From: a virus
Virus record (IMG/VR): IMGVR_UViG_3300028800_000059
Location: 96,001 to 160,000 of that record
Length of the DNA: 64,000 bases
Strand: one strand, 5' to 3'
Numbering within the stretch: position 1 is the first letter of the stretch; every line of letters begins with the position of its first letter. Below the pieces are notes generated by a model that worked only from the letters and a program-made list of their open reading frames with translations, was not told where the DNA came from and searched no databases. Positions 8,633 through 17,531 of this stretch are shown piece by piece. The translations under genes and the position numbers were made by a program.

Positions 8633-9564
8633 TATAATTCTCCTGTCAACTCTGCCACCTTTGGCATATTGCCACTGAAAGGATACGTGCCTAAATGTTG
8701 GGTTTTCATCCACGGACACAACCAAATTTTAAATCCAATCTTTCTTGCCCATTGACAAAACATATAATCTTCGGATAGATAACGATCCGATGCACCAGGA
8801 GGCACACCCAACTTAACCTGCATTTCTAATGGAAATAACTTCACCAATTCTTCACGAGGCATTTCTAATTTCTTCGCTAAAAGATCAACTGGATCAAGAG
8901 GCGTATCAATCACAGTGTCAAAATAAGCGTGAATATATCGTGATCCATCGAAATGTTTTTGTCCTACATGATCTGGTTTGTATTTCAACTGTGGATACGC
9001 CTCGGCAAATTTAGGAAACACTTCACGGCGAACCATCATATATCCAGTGCCAATCTCCATAACTTCTAGAGGTTCGGTTACTTGGAATTGTTTTGTTCCC
9101 ACAACAGGATTGAAAACATAATCACCAACAACCGTTTCAAGATCGCCAGGATTCAAACTTGCGTTTTTCTTTATGGCCTTGACAACATTTCCCCAATTGA
9201 TTGATTTTTTAGGATAAGGGGCGCCAATAATATCTCTAGTTTCTCCTTGTTCATTTGGCATACTCAAAGCCAACAGAGTCAAAACATCCTTTGGATCAAA
9301 ATGAATGTCAGAATCTAGAAACAAGAAATGAGTAAACTGTGGCGCCCTGTAAAGAAATTCATCGACCAAATAATTTCTGGCACGAGTAATCAAACTTTCA
9401 TTGAACAGAAAAGAAAATCTATTTTCTATACCATGAGCCGTTAGAATGGCCTGGAGGTCGAGAATTGATTTGTTATATAACCCGTGACACTGGCCTCCGT
9501 ACATGGGCGTTGCCACAAAAATCTTCTGTTTACGTAAGTCTTCGACTTTGACTTTTATTTCCAT
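8632..9564 (-). CDS. Putative GT-A fold glycosyltransferase (ATPMYGG family of T4-like phages)
   Basis: KIFVATPMYGG, ESLITRARN, LFLDSDI (DxD), IGTGYMM and SEDYMFC. Confidence 0.7.
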   Translation of the reverse strand: MEIKVKVEDLRKQKIFVATPMYGGQCHGLYNKSILDLQAILTAHGIENRFSFLFNESLITRARNYLVDEFLYRAPQFTHFLFLDSDIHFDPKDVLTLLALSMPNEQGETRDIIGAPYPKKSINWGNVVKAIKKNASLNPGDLETVVGDYVFNPVVGTKQFQVTEPLEVMEIGTGYMMVRREVFPKFAEAYPQLKYKPDHVGQKHFDGSRYIHAYFDTVIDTPLDPVDLLAKKLEMPREELVKLFPLEMQVKLGVPPGASDRYLSEDYMFCQWARKIGFKIWLCPWMKTQHLGTYPFSGNMPKVAELTGEL

Positions 9565-9628
9565 TTTTTCCTCATATTAATTTCAATTGAATATTTTAGA
9601 ACAAACACAACCGAAAGTCAACAACAAA

Positions 9629-11155
9629 TTATTCAGAAAAAATCATCTGTGCCGCCTTGGTATCTTTATCGCCATTATAAGACGACAACACCACACGAAA
9701 TCCCCAAAGTCTTCTAACATGAAGAATTGCTTCCATGGCCATTGGCAAATCCAGAGGAACCATATTGTATCTATTGTGGCGAAGATATAAAGTTCTGTCG
9801 CCATCCAAATCTATATCTTCCACTAAAATTCTTGGCAATGTAGTATGAACATCATTTTGTTTTGCTAACTTATGCCGAATGTTTCGATAACCTTCATCGT
9901 CATGAGTTTCAGAAACAATGTAATGATGGGAATCCTTCAAAGGATTGTCCTCAATAGCAGCCAACTTCATGTCTCTAATAACCTTTGGGCTCAGGAATTG
10001 TAGAATGAAACTTTCGTCTTTATAGTTTTTCATGGCATCATCTAGAACTTCCTGCCAACTATTTCCAATCAAATGTGGAAACCACTGTTTATCTTCACCA
10101 GTAGGATTTTCACAAATTCTTTTTATATCCTGAAAAATATTAATACCTAAAGCATATGGATTGATGCCATTATAATGTGGGTCATCCATTTCTCTTTGAT
10201 ACACAACACCAGAATGGGACCTGAAAAATTCCAACATCGATCCTTCGGTTATCATGCCATTATCATACAATTCATTCATCAGATGATAATGCCAGAAAGA
10301 TGCCCATCCTTCATTAGCGACTTTGGTTTGGAACTGTGGCCAGAAATATTGAGAAATCTTTCTGACTATCCTTACAATTTCTCTTTGCCAAGTCAAAAGA
10401 GTTGGTGAATTCTTTTCAAGAAACAATAAAATATTTTCTTCTGGCTCTGGCAACATCAACTGTTTTCTTTGAGTAGCATTGGTCTTTGTTAATAGCGAAG
10501 GACGATTTTCAGGAACGGGCCAAAGTTCGCTGATACGACTTTGATAATAATCATCCCTTTCTTCCAATCGCATCTTTTTTTCTTTTTCAGATTTGTCTCT
10601 GACTCGTTTCACCCGATCAAATCCAAAAGTTTCCAATGTATGACATGAATCTAGAAGTTCCTCGACGGCCTTTTCTCCATATTTCACTTCACATTCAGCA
10701 ATATATTTGTTGGCATAAATCAGAAAATCAATAATATTCTCGGCGTCTGTCCATTGTTTAAATAGATAATTGTTTTTGAAGAAACTATTGTGTCCATAAC
10801 AAGCATGGGCAATGACCAAACATTGCATCGTTGCAGAATTTTGTTCCATGAGATAAGAAATACAAGGGTTGGTATTCGTTACTACTTCATAGGCCAATCC
10901 CATATGTCCTTTTTGATAGGCCTTTCTTTCCCGGGAGAAAGTCTTGCCAAATTTCCAATGATGATACATGACCGGCAAGGCATGTGTGGAATATCCTGCC
11001 AACATTTGATCCGAAGAAATAATTTCTATCTGATTTGGATAACAATCAAGATTGTATTTCCCAACAGCAATCTTAGAAATTTCCTCATCCATCAGGTTGA
11101 GTAATTCGAAATCCCAATCGCCGTTGTTAACCAAAAGAGGTTTATTTGTTGACAT
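9629..11155 (-). CDS. spoVR: SpoVR family protein (YcgB)
   Basis: YPNQIEII, YHHWKFGK, LAYEVVTN, HACYGHNSFFKNN, KVANEGWASFWH and INPYALG. Confidence 0.95.
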   Translation of the reverse strand: MSTNKPLLVNNGDWDFELLNLMDEEISKIAVGKYNLDCYPNQIEIISSDQMLAGYSTHALPVMYHHWKFGKTFSRERKAYQKGHMGLAYEVVTNTNPCISYLMEQNSATMQCLVIAHACYGHNSFFKNNYLFKQWTDAENIIDFLIYANKYIAECEVKYGEKAVEELLDSCHTLETFGFDRVKRVRDKSEKEKKMRLEERDDYYQSRISELWPVPENRPSLLTKTNATQRKQLMLPEPEENILLFLEKNSPTLLTWQREIVRIVRKISQYFWPQFQTKVANEGWASFWHYHLMNELYDNGMITEGSMLEFFRSHSGVVYQREMDDPHYNGINPYALGINIFQDIKRICENPTGEDKQWFPHLIGNSWQEVLDDAMKNYKDESFILQFLSPKVIRDMKLAAIEDNPLKDSHHYIVSETHDDEGYRNIRHKLAKQNDVHTTLPRILVEDIDLDGDRTLYLRHNRYNMVPLDLPMAMEAILHVRRLWGFRVVLSSYNGDKDTKAAQMIFSE

Positions 11156-12458
11156 TTATATCCCTTGAAAAGAGGTCTCGGAAAACAGGGAATATATCCG
11201 CCGGCGAGGATATAGAGCGACAATGAAATATGGTTGGAAACTTGGCCGCTATTTCAGAATATTTTCTCTGTAGCGATGAAAAGAAACTGGTCGTAACACC
11301 CCACATATTCGTTTCTTCATTTCGCATATGTCCAACTTGCACATAGGCAAAATACTGAATGTAAGGAATGAGTTTGTTCACAATGATTTCTTCGCATACA
11401 TCATCATCCAAATTAGAATTATCTCCATCAGAACATTGACTGATATAGATATTCCAATCGGACGTAGGATAACGTTTCTGAATAATTTCGGACGTTAAAG
11501 TAAGCGCCGAACTAACAACTGTTCCACCTGTTTCTAATGAATAGAAAAAATCATGTTCATCTACTTCATAGGCATCGGTCGTGTGTCTAATGAATACCAC
11601 ATCAACCTTTTCGTATTTACGATTGAGGAACATGTGAAGCAACATAAAGAATCTCTTGGCCAGGTCTTTTTCGTATTCGCCCATTGAACCCGACACGTCC
11701 ATTAGACAAAACATGACGGCCTTGGTGATTGGTTTTGGTTGCTCCACAAAGAGTTTGTATCGCAAATCAAAATCATCAATAAAAGGAATAGAGTCTCGTT
11801 GTTTTTTAAGTTCTACAATTCTCTGACCTAAATCAAAATGTAATGTATTGTCGATATCAGGCGCCCATCTTTGTTTTTCCAATTCCTCGATTTCTTTATC
11901 ATAACCAGCAGCAAGGGCAATCGTCCGAGCCAGCGCCTGAATATAGGACTTGCTCACATCCAAATTAGCAGGGATGCCAACCGTCGTAAATCCTGACCGA
12001 CACCATTTGTTTTCAGTCAGGTCTTTGAGTGCCGTCTTGACAAGATTTGGAAGTCTCAAATCATCAAAAAGAAAATCTAGAAATTCATCGCGGCTCAGAG
12101 TGAATTGAAATTCGTCCAATCCATCTTCACCATCTGGGCTTCCTGGACCTCTGGTTGAATCTTGTTCTGATGGCTTGCGAATTTTATCTTTACGTTGATA
12201 GTGTTTGTTTCCAGTCACCACATAATCATGAAAACCATCTTTCGATGATTGTCTAAACGTAGGTTCAGAAATTCCTTTTTTAGGTATGGAGACATTTCCA
12301 CCACCAGCATCCGTGATCGATCTACCAGGATTGCCACCAATAGTTTTCTTCAAGGCTTTTTTAATCGCTTCCCTGGTACGATCAAGGAACTTTTTGCGAT
12401 TAATTAAGTGTTTGGACTCTTTGCCCTGAGGTCTTCGATCTAAAATGATCGTGGACAT
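11142..12458 (-). CDS. yeaH: YeaH/YhbH (UPF0229, DUF444) vWA-domain protein
   Basis: DRR...NRKKFLDR, FCLMDVSGSM (MIDAS), FIRHTT, GGTVVSSAL and SDGDN. Confidence 0.95.
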   Translation of the reverse strand: MSTIILDRRPQGKESKHLINRKKFLDRTREAIKKALKKTIGGNPGRSITDAGGGNVSIPKKGISEPTFRQSSKDGFHDYVVTGNKHYQRKDKIRKPSEQDSTRGPGSPDGEDGLDEFQFTLSRDEFLDFLFDDLRLPNLVKTALKDLTENKWCRSGFTTVGIPANLDVSKSYIQALARTIALAAGYDKEIEELEKQRWAPDIDNTLHFDLGQRIVELKKQRDSIPFIDDFDLRYKLFVEQPKPITKAVMFCLMDVSGSMGEYEKDLAKRFFMLLHMFLNRKYEKVDVVFIRHTTDAYEVDEHDFFYSLETGGTVVSSALTLTSEIIQKRYPTSDWNIYISQCSDGDNSNLDDDVCEEIIVNKLIPYIQYFAYVQVGHMRNEETNMWGVTTSFFSSLQRKYSEIAAKFPTIFHCRSISSPADIFPVFRDLFSRDINVNK

Positions 12459-12511
12459 GTTTAATTGCTCTTTTTCTTTTTAGCCCAAGTTAGAGTCATA
12501 GGAATAAAAAA

Positions 12512-14452
12512 TTAATTAGATTTCCTGACGCGGAGATACCAATCAACAACGATACGGGTCTGTCTTTCTGAATATCCACGGGCCTTCATTCGTGATACGA
12601 ATTCACTATGTTTCTTTTCGTGTTCCGCAGATGATTTTTTATCAAACGAAATCACTGGCAAAATTTCATCCGTTGCCGCGAACATTTTCTTTTCGATGAC
12701 TTCGCGAAGCTTTTCATAGCTGGTCCAATGTGGATTTTGTCCATTATGAGTTCCACGATATCGCAAAGCGAATTTGACAATTTCATTTCGGAAATCTTTT
12801 TCGTTTACGATACCAGAAGGTTCTTCGATTTTTTCAAGTTCGCGATTGAGTGTTTCATTGTCGTACATTTCACCGGTATCTGAGTCTCGATAATCACGAT
12901 CCTCGACCCAATGATCGGCATAATCAATATATTTGTCGAATAGATTTTGTCCATATTCTGAATATGATTCCAGATAAGCAATCTGAATTTCCTTGCCGAT
13001 GTATTCAGAATATTTGTCATGCAACCACTGGCGATATTCCAACAGAATTGCTTCATCCTCTTCGGAAAATTGTTCCTGGATAATAGAGTCTTCCAATATT
13101 CTTAGTAGATGAACAGGATTGGCTCCCACTTCCATTGGGTCATAATTGAACACCTTGGAAAGAATTTTGTAACTCCAACGAGTAGACAATCCTTCCATGC
13201 CTTCATTGACGCCAGCATCGTCGCGATATTCCTGGATTGGTTTGATGTTTTGATCTTTATCTTTCAGATTTTCGCCGTCATAGATTTTCATCTTGGAAAA
13301 CACATTGCTATTGGCAGGAACTTGTAGGCGAGAAAGAACAGCCAATTGCGCCAACATTTCTAGCGTCTTTGGTGTGCAAGGAGCCTGATCCAAACTGGAA
13401 TCTTTCAGCAATTTATTGTAAATGAAAATTTCATCGCTGACTCGGAGACAATAAGGAACCTTGACCATATAAACACGATCCAGGAAGGCTTCATTGTTGC
13501 GATTGTTTTTGAAAGACTGCCATTCTGATTCATTCGAGTGACTTAGAATAATTCCTTGGAATGGAATACCAGAAATTGCTTCGGTGCCGTTGAAATTTCC
13601 TTCCTGTGTCGCCGTCAACAGAGGATGAAGAATTTTGATTGGTGCCTTGAACATTTCAACGAATTCAAGAAGCCCCTGATTGGCTCGGCATAGTCCACCA
13701 GAATAACGATAACAATCTGGATCGTCCTGGGCAAATTTTCCTAGACCTCGAATATCGACCTTGCCAACGAGACTTGAAATGTCCTGATTGTTTTCGTCGC
13801 CTGGTTCGACTTTGGCGATGGCGACTTGCTTTAGGCGATTAGGATACATTTTAACAACAGAGAATTGACTTAGATCGCCTTTGGCGTCCTTAGTCAATCG
13901 CTTGACGGCCCATGGGCTCAAACGCCCTAGAATATAACGACCTGGAATATTGTAATCCTGTTCTAATCGAGTCCGCCAAACAGTAGGATCAAAAAGCCCT
14001 AAAGGAGATTCGAAAACTGGAGAAAGTTCATCGCCATATTTCAAAACATAAATTGGTTCACGTTCCATCAATTCTTTTAGCCGTTCAGCCAAACTTGATT
14101 TGGCACTTCCTACAGGCCCCAACAGATACAAAATCTGTTTACGTTCTTCCAGTCCTTGGGCGGCATGTTTGAAAAAGCCAACAATATTTGCAATGACTGA
14201 TTCCATGCCATAGAAATCAGAGAAAACAGGATATGTTTTGATGGTTCGATTTAGGAAAATCCGACGCAATCTTTCGTCCTTGCTCGTATCTACCAGCACA
14301 GGCTCTCCGATTGCTTTGAGCATTCTTTCGGCAGCACTAGCATACGCCGAAGAATCTGTTTTGCATAATTCAAGATAGTCTGTCAAGCTTAGTTCATTTT
14401 CGGTTTTAACTTCAAAAGCATTCTTAAAATCAGCTAACAGATTTTTTTCCAT
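12512..14452 (-). CDS. prkA: PrkA/YeaG family AAA+ serine protein kinase/ATPase
   Basis: QGLEERKQILYLLGPVGSAKSS, PGDENNQDISSLVGKVDIR, ANQGLLEFVEMFKAPIK and HSNESEW. Confidence 0.96.
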   Translation of the reverse strand: MEKNLLADFKNAFEVKTENELSLTDYLELCKTDSSAYASAAERMLKAIGEPVLVDTSKDERLRRIFLNRTIKTYPVFSDFYGMESVIANIVGFFKHAAQGLEERKQILYLLGPVGSAKSSLAERLKELMEREPIYVLKYGDELSPVFESPLGLFDPTVWRTRLEQDYNIPGRYILGRLSPWAVKRLTKDAKGDLSQFSVVKMYPNRLKQVAIAKVEPGDENNQDISSLVGKVDIRGLGKFAQDDPDCYRYSGGLCRANQGLLEFVEMFKAPIKILHPLLTATQEGNFNGTEAISGIPFQGIILSHSNESEWQSFKNNRNNEAFLDRVYMVKVPYCLRVSDEIFIYNKLLKDSSLDQAPCTPKTLEMLAQLAVLSRLQVPANSNVFSKMKIYDGENLKDKDQNIKPIQEYRDDAGVNEGMEGLSTRWSYKILSKVFNYDPMEVGANPVHLLRILEDSIIQEQFSEEDEAILLEYRQWLHDKYSEYIGKEIQIAYLESYSEYGQNLFDKYIDYADHWVEDRDYRDSDTGEMYDNETLNRELEKIEEPSGIVNEKDFRNEIVKFALRYRGTHNGQNPHWTSYEKLREVIEKKMFAATDEILPVISFDKKSSAEHEKKHSEFVSRMKARGYSERQTRIVVDWYLRVRKSN

Positions 14453-14489
14453 TTTATTCCTTTGACAACAGGATATTGCAGTTTCAGAT

Positions 14490-14495
14490 TATTTA
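14490..14495 (-). promoter_or_regulatory. T4-type late promoter core (TAAATA) upstream of prkA-yeaH-spoVR
   Basis: CATAAATA on the minus strand directly after a terminator and ~37 nt before the prkA ATG. Confidence 0.5.
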
Positions 14496-14498
14496 TGC

Positions 14499-14539
14499 AA
14501 AATAAAACGTGGTCCATGTAAAAACATGGTCCCACGTTT
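14499..14539 (-). terminator. Rho-independent terminator
   Basis: AAACGTGG/CCACGTTT plus CCATGT/ACATGG stems followed by TATTTT. Confidence 0.7.
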
Positions 14540-14558
14540 CAGAAATTGTAGCCAGAAA

Positions 14559-14786
14559 TTAAGCGCGGCGCTTGGTGCTAGCCAGCTTGTATACGGCTAC
14601 CTTACGGCCGGTTGTTGAATTGACGCGCCAATCGGTAGTGATTGGGTGGCCATCCTGGCGAAGTTCATCAATGCGAGCGGTAATATTGTGCCCGCCTGTT
14701 CGGCTTCGTGCCTGAGCAACCGAAAACGAGTTTTTCTTTTCTAGCGTAGTTAGAAGCTTGGACTTGATTGAAGTTTTCTTGGACAT
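14559..14786 (-). CDS. Small winged helix-turn-helix DNA-binding protein
   Basis: 75 aa; FSVAQARSR...ITARIDELRQDGHPI...YKL; AAGGA Shine-Dalgarno. Confidence 0.7.
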   Translation of the reverse strand: MSKKTSIKSKLLTTLEKKNSFSVAQARSRTGGHNITARIDELRQDGHPITTDWRVNSTTGRKVAVYKLASTKRRA

Positions 14787-14823
14787 ATGTTTTCCTTTCA
14801 GTTAGTGGTGGAGATAAAAATAA

Positions 14824-14844
14824 CCAGTGGAATGTTTCCACTGG
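14824..14844. promoter_or_regulatory. Perfect 9-bp inverted repeat (operator or attenuator hairpin)
   Basis: CCAGTGGAA-TGT-TTCCACTGG between the sigma70 promoter and the HTH gene. Confidence 0.55.
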
Positions 14845-14860
14845 CTGCATTCAATGTAAA

Positions 14861-14889
14861 ATTATAGGATAAAAAGGGGGACCTGTCAA
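14861..14889 (-). promoter_or_regulatory. Consensus sigma70-type promoter
   Basis: TTGACA-N17-TATAAT on the minus strand. Confidence 0.85.
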
Positions 14890-14912
14890 CACTTAAAAGG
14901 TGTCCGGCCCCC
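14871..14912 (-). terminator. Putative terminator overlapping the -35 box of the next promoter
   Basis: GGGGG...CCCCC stem with an inner ACAC/GTGT pair, followed by TTTTT. Confidence 0.5.
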
Positions 14913-14961
14913 TAGTTTACCCCAAATGATCCGAGAGAGTTAGGACCTATTTGAGGCTAGT

Positions 14962-15171
14962 TTATTCCTCCATGATGGCATCAAGCAACTTGGGATTCAA
15001 TCCAATTACCAAAAGCATCTTTTTCATTGTCAGGATTTTCTTGGTGGCTCGTTCAACTATATCATGGTCGGCCATGCCGGCATGATTGCCTTCAGGATCG
15101 AGTACCTCGGCCAATATCTGCATTGGAAAATCCATTGCGTTTCGATATTCATCATTTGTCAATTTTGTCAT
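14962..15171 (-). CDS. Hypothetical protein
   Basis: 69-aa ORF downstream of the AAA+ gene. Confidence 0.55.
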   Translation of the reverse strand: MTKLTNDEYRNAMDFPMQILAEVLDPEGNHAGMADHDIVERATKKILTMKKMLLVIGLNPKLLDAIMEE

Positions 15172-15181
15172 TTTCGTTTTC

Positions 15182-16438
15182 CTAGAAGGCCAAAGGATCG
15201 TCAGTGGTCTTATTCACTCCCGAAGTCTTTGGCGCGGCTGCCGGGGCCGTGACCTTGGCATCAATCCGAGTGTAGAACTTGATGAAACTGTCCCGGCTTT
15301 CCGTATCAAACCGCGCCAGGCAGAGCGTCAAAGCCTTCATCCGATCCAGACCAAAGATTGAGTAAGCCTTGCAGATATCCACGAGACGCCGGGTCGAAAT
15401 CAGTTCCGAAACACCGCCGTCCTTATACGTCTTACGAACAAGGTCGGCCCATTCCGTCAGGATGTTTACAAATTCCTCACCCTGGTCGTCCCAAGTCCCT
15501 TCCTTTTTCAGAACATGGGTCAGAATCTGGGTTTCGATTTTCGGCGTGGGATAATCCTGTTCCATCGTGATAGAGAACCGATCAAGAAACGCCTCATTCA
15601 TGATGTTGGTCCCGATGAAACGCCCATTATCGTTTCCCCGCCCCTTGGTGTTCGCCGTAGCGACCACCGTAAACCCGGGCTGGGGATGAACGATTTTATT
15701 GATCTTCTTAATAAAGATCGGCCGCCCTTCAAGAACCGGCTGGAGACACATCAGCTTGGACGACCCAAGGTCGACCTCGTCCAGCAGAAGAACCGCGCCG
15801 CGTTCCATTGCGACCACGACTGGCCCGTTGTGCCAGACAGTCTTGCCGTCTTGCAAACGAAAACCGCCGATCAAATCATCTTCATCCGTTTCGGCGATCA
15901 CGTTGACCCGGATCATTTCACGATCCATATTCGCGCAAGCCTGCTCCGGGATCATCGTTTTCCCGTTACCAGTCTCACCCGTCAGATAGATCGGATAGAA
16001 CCGCTTCGAAGCAATGATGCCGGCGATATCCTTGTAATTCCCGAACGGGACATAGCCCTGGAACTTTTCGGGGACAAGTGAAACATGATGCACCATCGTC
16101 CCAGTACCACCATCGTCGGCCAGATTATCAGCGGCCGTATTTGCCGACTCAGTCGGCCCGGCAACAGCAACAGTCTGAATCATTGCCGGCGCTGGCATGA
16201 TTGACTTACTGCGCCGTGCTCCCTTACCAGAAGCAAGCGGAGGAGTCTGCCGCGCGAAAGAATAAACGCCGCGACTGACCTTATGAGCATCGCCAGCAAT
16301 CAGCCACCACGGAACAGGCAGCTTGTGTTTGGCGACTGTTTCGAAAACCTGAGGACGACTCAATTGAGTGACCTCCGGACCATGATCTACTTTCGCGGCG
16401 TCAATAAACGCCTTGCGTTCCTCGGGACTAGCAGCCAT
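15182..16438 (-). CDS. MoxR/CobS-like AAA+ ATPase
   Basis: Walker A GETGNGKT, DLIGG, Walker B LLLDEVD, ATANTKG, NEAFLDRF and STRRL. Confidence 0.9.
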   Translation of the reverse strand: MAASPEERKAFIDAAKVDHGPEVTQLSRPQVFETVAKHKLPVPWWLIAGDAHKVSRGVYSFARQTPPLASGKGARRSKSIMPAPAMIQTVAVAGPTESANTAADNLADDGGTGTMVHHVSLVPEKFQGYVPFGNYKDIAGIIASKRFYPIYLTGETGNGKTMIPEQACANMDREMIRVNVIAETDEDDLIGGFRLQDGKTVWHNGPVVVAMERGAVLLLDEVDLGSSKLMCLQPVLEGRPIFIKKINKIVHPQPGFTVVATANTKGRGNDNGRFIGTNIMNEAFLDRFSITMEQDYPTPKIETQILTHVLKKEGTWDDQGEEFVNILTEWADLVRKTYKDGGVSELISTRRLVDICKAYSIFGLDRMKALTLCLARFDTESRDSFIKFYTRIDAKVTAPAAAPKTSGVNKTTDDPLAF

Positions 16439-17111
16439 TTCTATTTCCTCTCTCGTTTGCCATTTGTAACAATTTCAAAAAAAGTATCTCACAAAACCAG
16501 ACGATATCCAACAACTATTTTACAGTTTTACACGTTTAGTTCGGCCACCATTCAAATCAAACTGCCATATCTTGAATTTGCAATAAGGATAAAGGGGCTG
16601 TTTGACTTTGATATGTTGCTTGGCTGCCTTGAGTGAAGTGAAAAGTTCAAAACGAAGATTTCTCTCTCGCCTTCGGCATCCATCATGTCTACAGCATACT
16701 TGTCGAACATGGAAAACTCCTTTCATATTACAAAATCATTATATCATAGAAATCAATGACATGCCATTATATTTTATGACTATTTTCGATGATAAATTGT
16801 AATTTTGTTACTGAGCGGTTTTCCGGGCTCTAGGGCGGCTTTGACACATATGGACTTATGATTGCCTATAAAACAATGTCTAGACCGCCCCACGACCCTC
16901 TAATGAGACTGGATTTTCCTGGCTCTATTAGACGGTCACTGGGTGGTTTTGATAGCGCGGCATAGGGCTTCACACATACCCCTCTGCCATCGTTGCCGTA
17001 GCGCCTTCTAATGAGCCCGCATTTTAATTGCCAAAAATCTTAAAACAACGCAATCATATTTCTACCCATTGTGTTACACTACATTTGCGTTTTGAGAAAC
17101 AGGAGAAAATC

Positions 17112-17294
17112 ATGGCTAAGGTATTTGTGCTTCCTGCCGATGCAAAGACCCGTCCGGCATCTATTGCCCAGCGTGTCTTTCTGGCGAGGCTTGAACACAA
17201 GGTCAACACTGGTGAGGAAATGACCATGTATCAGGCTGCGGAACGTATTGCTGCCGCGAAGGGCGAACCTGTCGCCCAGATGAAGGCAGCGTAA
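17112..17294 (+). CDS. Small hypothetical protein (60 aa)
   Basis: AGGAG Shine-Dalgarno before the ATG at 17112 (MAKVFVLP...). Confidence 0.65.
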   Translation: MAKVFVLPADAKTRPASIAQRVFLARLEHKVNTGEEMTMYQAAERIAAAKGEPVAQMKAA

Positions 17295-17531
17295 AATGCG
17301 CCGGAAGATGAGTCGTTGGAAGAGATTCAAGAAATGGTTCTTCCGAGTGGAAGAAAAATATGGTCCTTGGGGCGGAATGCCCTGGTAGAGTCGCCCTGCG
17401 GCTCGGGCATAGAGCCGTGTTTTACTTGGGGAAGAATTGCTGCGGTTTGCGTGTTTTGGGTTTTCCCATTCCCATGACAGTTATGCAAAATCAGCGCGAC
17501 TCTTCCTCCTTTTTTGTGAGATAATGCCCCT

